This document shows, piece by piece, positions 61,317-64,000 of a DNA stretch of 64,000 nucleotides. Positions within the stretch are counted from its first letter, which is position 1. The number at the start of each line of letters is the position of its first letter. The notes beneath the pieces are model-generated. The model was given only the letters and a program-made list of their open reading frames with translations, was not told the origin of the DNA and ran no database searches. Location of the stretch: positions 230,516,001 to 230,580,000 of the forward strand of contig OZ024743.1 in the NCBI GenBank assembly GCA_964016885.1, given 5' to 3'. Both the position numbers and the translations under genes were made by a program. This DNA comes from Eledone cirrhosa. Taxonomy: Eukaryota.

Positions 61317-61993
61317 TGAAAATAGAGAAATTAATGTAAGCAAAATGGCAACAATAATTCAGACATATAAGTGACTATACCATCAAGATGAAAACATCTT
61401 TAATGTAAGATGAGGGAAAAGTAATACAATCTTAATTTAAAACAAATCAAGAAGAGAAACTTTATCCTCAGACTTTGTGTAAGTTGGGGAAAAAGCAATA
61501 CAATCTTAATTCAAAATAAAATCAAGAAGAAATACTTAACCGTTGATTTTGGGAAAACTACAAATGCACTATATAGTCTTAAAAGACTATTTGAGTGGGG
61601 TTAGTTACTATTGCTGTCGATCTTCAGTAGTGCTCAACAAATTAACAAAATATCCACTGCTAAAATACCGGAGGGGATTTAAAAGCAGGCATGTGACAGC
61701 GTGTAGAAATGAAATAACAAAACACACGTGGACACAAGCTAGTGATGGCGGGATGAGACGAAAAAGCTGCTTACAAGAAACAACAGTCAAAACATTCCGA
61801 AAAAAATCAACAAAAATGTGGAGTTCAGCATAAGCAATATTATCGCAGTTTTTTTTTTCTAAACTGGGATTAGTCACAAATATTACGTAGCACTCTGTGG
61901 AAACTCCGAGTATATATATATATAAATGAAAATAGAGAAATTAATGCAAGCAAAATGCCAACAATAATTCAGACATATGAGTGACGATACCAT
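61312..61993. repeat. ~70-bp direct repeat pair about 610 bp apart, each after (TA)n
   Basis: tgaaaatagagaaattaatg.aagcaaaatg.caacaataattcagacatat.agtgac.ataccat at ~61317 and ~61927. Confidence 0.75.
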
Positions 61994-62024
61994 TAACTAT
62001 ATATATATATATATAAATAAATAA

Positions 62025-62096
<72 letters not shown>

Positions 62097-62242
62097 TCAG
62101 GTTTGAGGTTCACCACTGTATAGAGCTGGTCTATTCCGTATGGTCAATCGTAATGCAATAATATAGAGAGTACTCAACGTAAGGCAGTTCAACCGTCTTT
62201 GTTTTTGTAGATGGTGGTGCTATAACGGAGTTAAATATTATT

Positions 62243-62399
62243 ATGAAATGACAGGAGGCTGGATCTATGTAAATCCTTGAAAGGTTTATTATACTATGAT
62301 CATTTCAATGACCGGATTCATACGGAACCTGGTCATTGAAAGGATCATAGTATAATAAACCTTTCAAGGATTTACACAAATCCAGCCTCCTGTCATTTC

Positions 62400-62401
<2 letters not shown>
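62243..62401. repeat. Inverted repeat, ~70-bp arms
   Basis: atgaaatgacaggaggctggat..tttcaatgacc pairs with ggtcattgaaa..atccagcctcctgtcatttcat. Confidence 0.9.
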
Positions 62402-62491
<90 letters not shown>

Positions 62492-62763
62492 AAACGAAAA
62501 ATCAGTGATGTATCTGGACTCAATTTATTGTATGTTACAAGTGTTTCGCCAGCAGACAGCTCGAGACACGATCATTGTATTGGTCTGTCTGATTCTAGAA
62601 ACTCCAGGTTTGTCGGACTCTGGCAAAAATTCCGGATCCTATTTTCTCACTGGGGTGTTAGCTTCAAAAAACATCTTCCCAGCATGTCCTGCTGTTGGCA
62701 GTTGTTTTTCTACGTCATCATAAATTTTGGCCAATAGTAACAGTCAGACTGTCCATCTCGGGT

Positions 62764-63232
62764 GATACCTAAATATAAGTATGTATACGTAATTTCGTTT
62801 CATTCTTTTCTATTTATCGCTTTCGGTGCGCCCGGCCGATTCACTCACTCGATATGCAAATTAGGCTGCTCAGCCGTTAATATGCATAAGGAAAGTATAT
62901 ACTTTCAAACATCTGACAGAAAGGTATACGATGCTGACGATAGCTAATAAGCTTGAAACTAGTACATCGTTCCTGTGTCAGTGTTGAACAAAAGGGCGAC
63001 GGTGGTTGCCGAGCACTGTTCGGCGTAGTACGGGCTGTTTGCTTACAAACAAACCGAACATTATAATAAATGTTCGGTAAACCCATACGTACATATATAT
63101 ATGTGTGTGCATGTATGTATATATACATACTACTGTACGTCTGTACACATATATGTATGTACGTATACATACTTATATTTAGGTATCAGCCGTACTAAGA
63201 GTGAGAGATGAAATTTGGTTTCATTCTTTTCC
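62764..63232 (+). mobile_element. Retrozyme-like / non-autonomous Penelope pLTR unit
   Basis: Unit begins and ends with aatttcgtttcattcttt (second copy aatttggtttcattcttt); short inverted piece 62764-62791 pairs with 63160-63187; contains a hammerhead. Confidence 0.75.
62928..62970 (+). ncRNA. Minimal type I hammerhead ribozyme
   Basis: acgatg-CTGACGA-t-agct(aata)agct-t-GAAAC-ta-GTA^-catcgt: 6-bp stem I, palindromic stem III ACTAGT. Confidence 0.85.
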
Positions 63233-63347
<115 letters not shown>

Positions 63348-64000
63348 TTTATGTTTTGCGGTTCACAAATGGTTAGAACTGGTTTTTCCGTTTAGTTAAC
63401 CACGATGGAAAAGCACTTTACTTAGAGGCAACTTATCCGTCGTTGATTCTGTAACTGCTGCAGGAACCGAGTTAAATATTAATCTAACAGGAAGTCGGAT
63501 TGGGTAATATTCCTATAAAGTTTTATTATTTTATCGTTGCAAAACACACTGTGTTTCAATGGGCTGGTTACGAAAGATTTTAGAGACATCACCAGGTTCG
63601 GATTGCTTAATAAGATAATCAATAAAAAGGATTCCGTCAAACCCAAACGGAGAATGGAGAAAATATTTCATTCGAAGATGGCTCAGGAAATATTATTGTT
63701 GCAGCCAGTCGCTTCCACCATGCTGTAAACATGCGGGTATGAGAGGGTGGTATATCGAATAATATATTATATGTTTACCAGTAAACATTTGAAAGCATTT
63801 AGCCTTTAATTTTAAACATGATGATCACTTCATAACGGCCAAATACCAATAACTTGAAAACGGCTAAATAGTCAGAAACAGCGATGTAGGTAGCTTTTCC
63901 TTGCTTCTGCTGGAATAAGATAGATGACGTCAGTAATCAACTTTAAAATTGATAGCTAAAGACTTTCAAATATTTATTAGTAAATACATTGTGTGCTATT

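Overview
AT-rich, microsatellite-dense animal DNA with no recognisable host gene. The SINE family and repeat style are consistent with an octopus/cephalopod genome (inference). Nearly all long ORFs come from decayed transposons. The window holds six Tx1-group (L1 clade) non-LTR retrotransposons from several lineages (ORF1 with CCHC knuckle; ORF2 APE-RT-zinc finger), three R4/Dong-like pieces, two large Penelope-like copies plus an RT scrap, many Penelope-type hairpin/pseudo-LTR remnants, a Helitron Rep-PIF1 relic, tRNA-derived SINEs and a tiny Tc1/mariner-type MITE. The most interesting structure is a set of elements sharing one (ATT/TAA)n microsatellite. The Tx1 elements start and end in (ATT)n rather than poly(A) and stack head-to-tail. 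The SINE shares their ~25-nt 3' terminus and polarity. R4/Dong fragments use the same arrays in the opposite polarity. The Tx1 lineages also share a GTAAGT splice-donor motif 37-39 nt before the ORF2 start, a 5'UTR stem-loop, and signs of ORF1 module swapping. Several minimal hammerhead ribozyme motifs are present, including one in a ~430-bp retrozyme-like unit. All alignments were made by eye; no searches were run.
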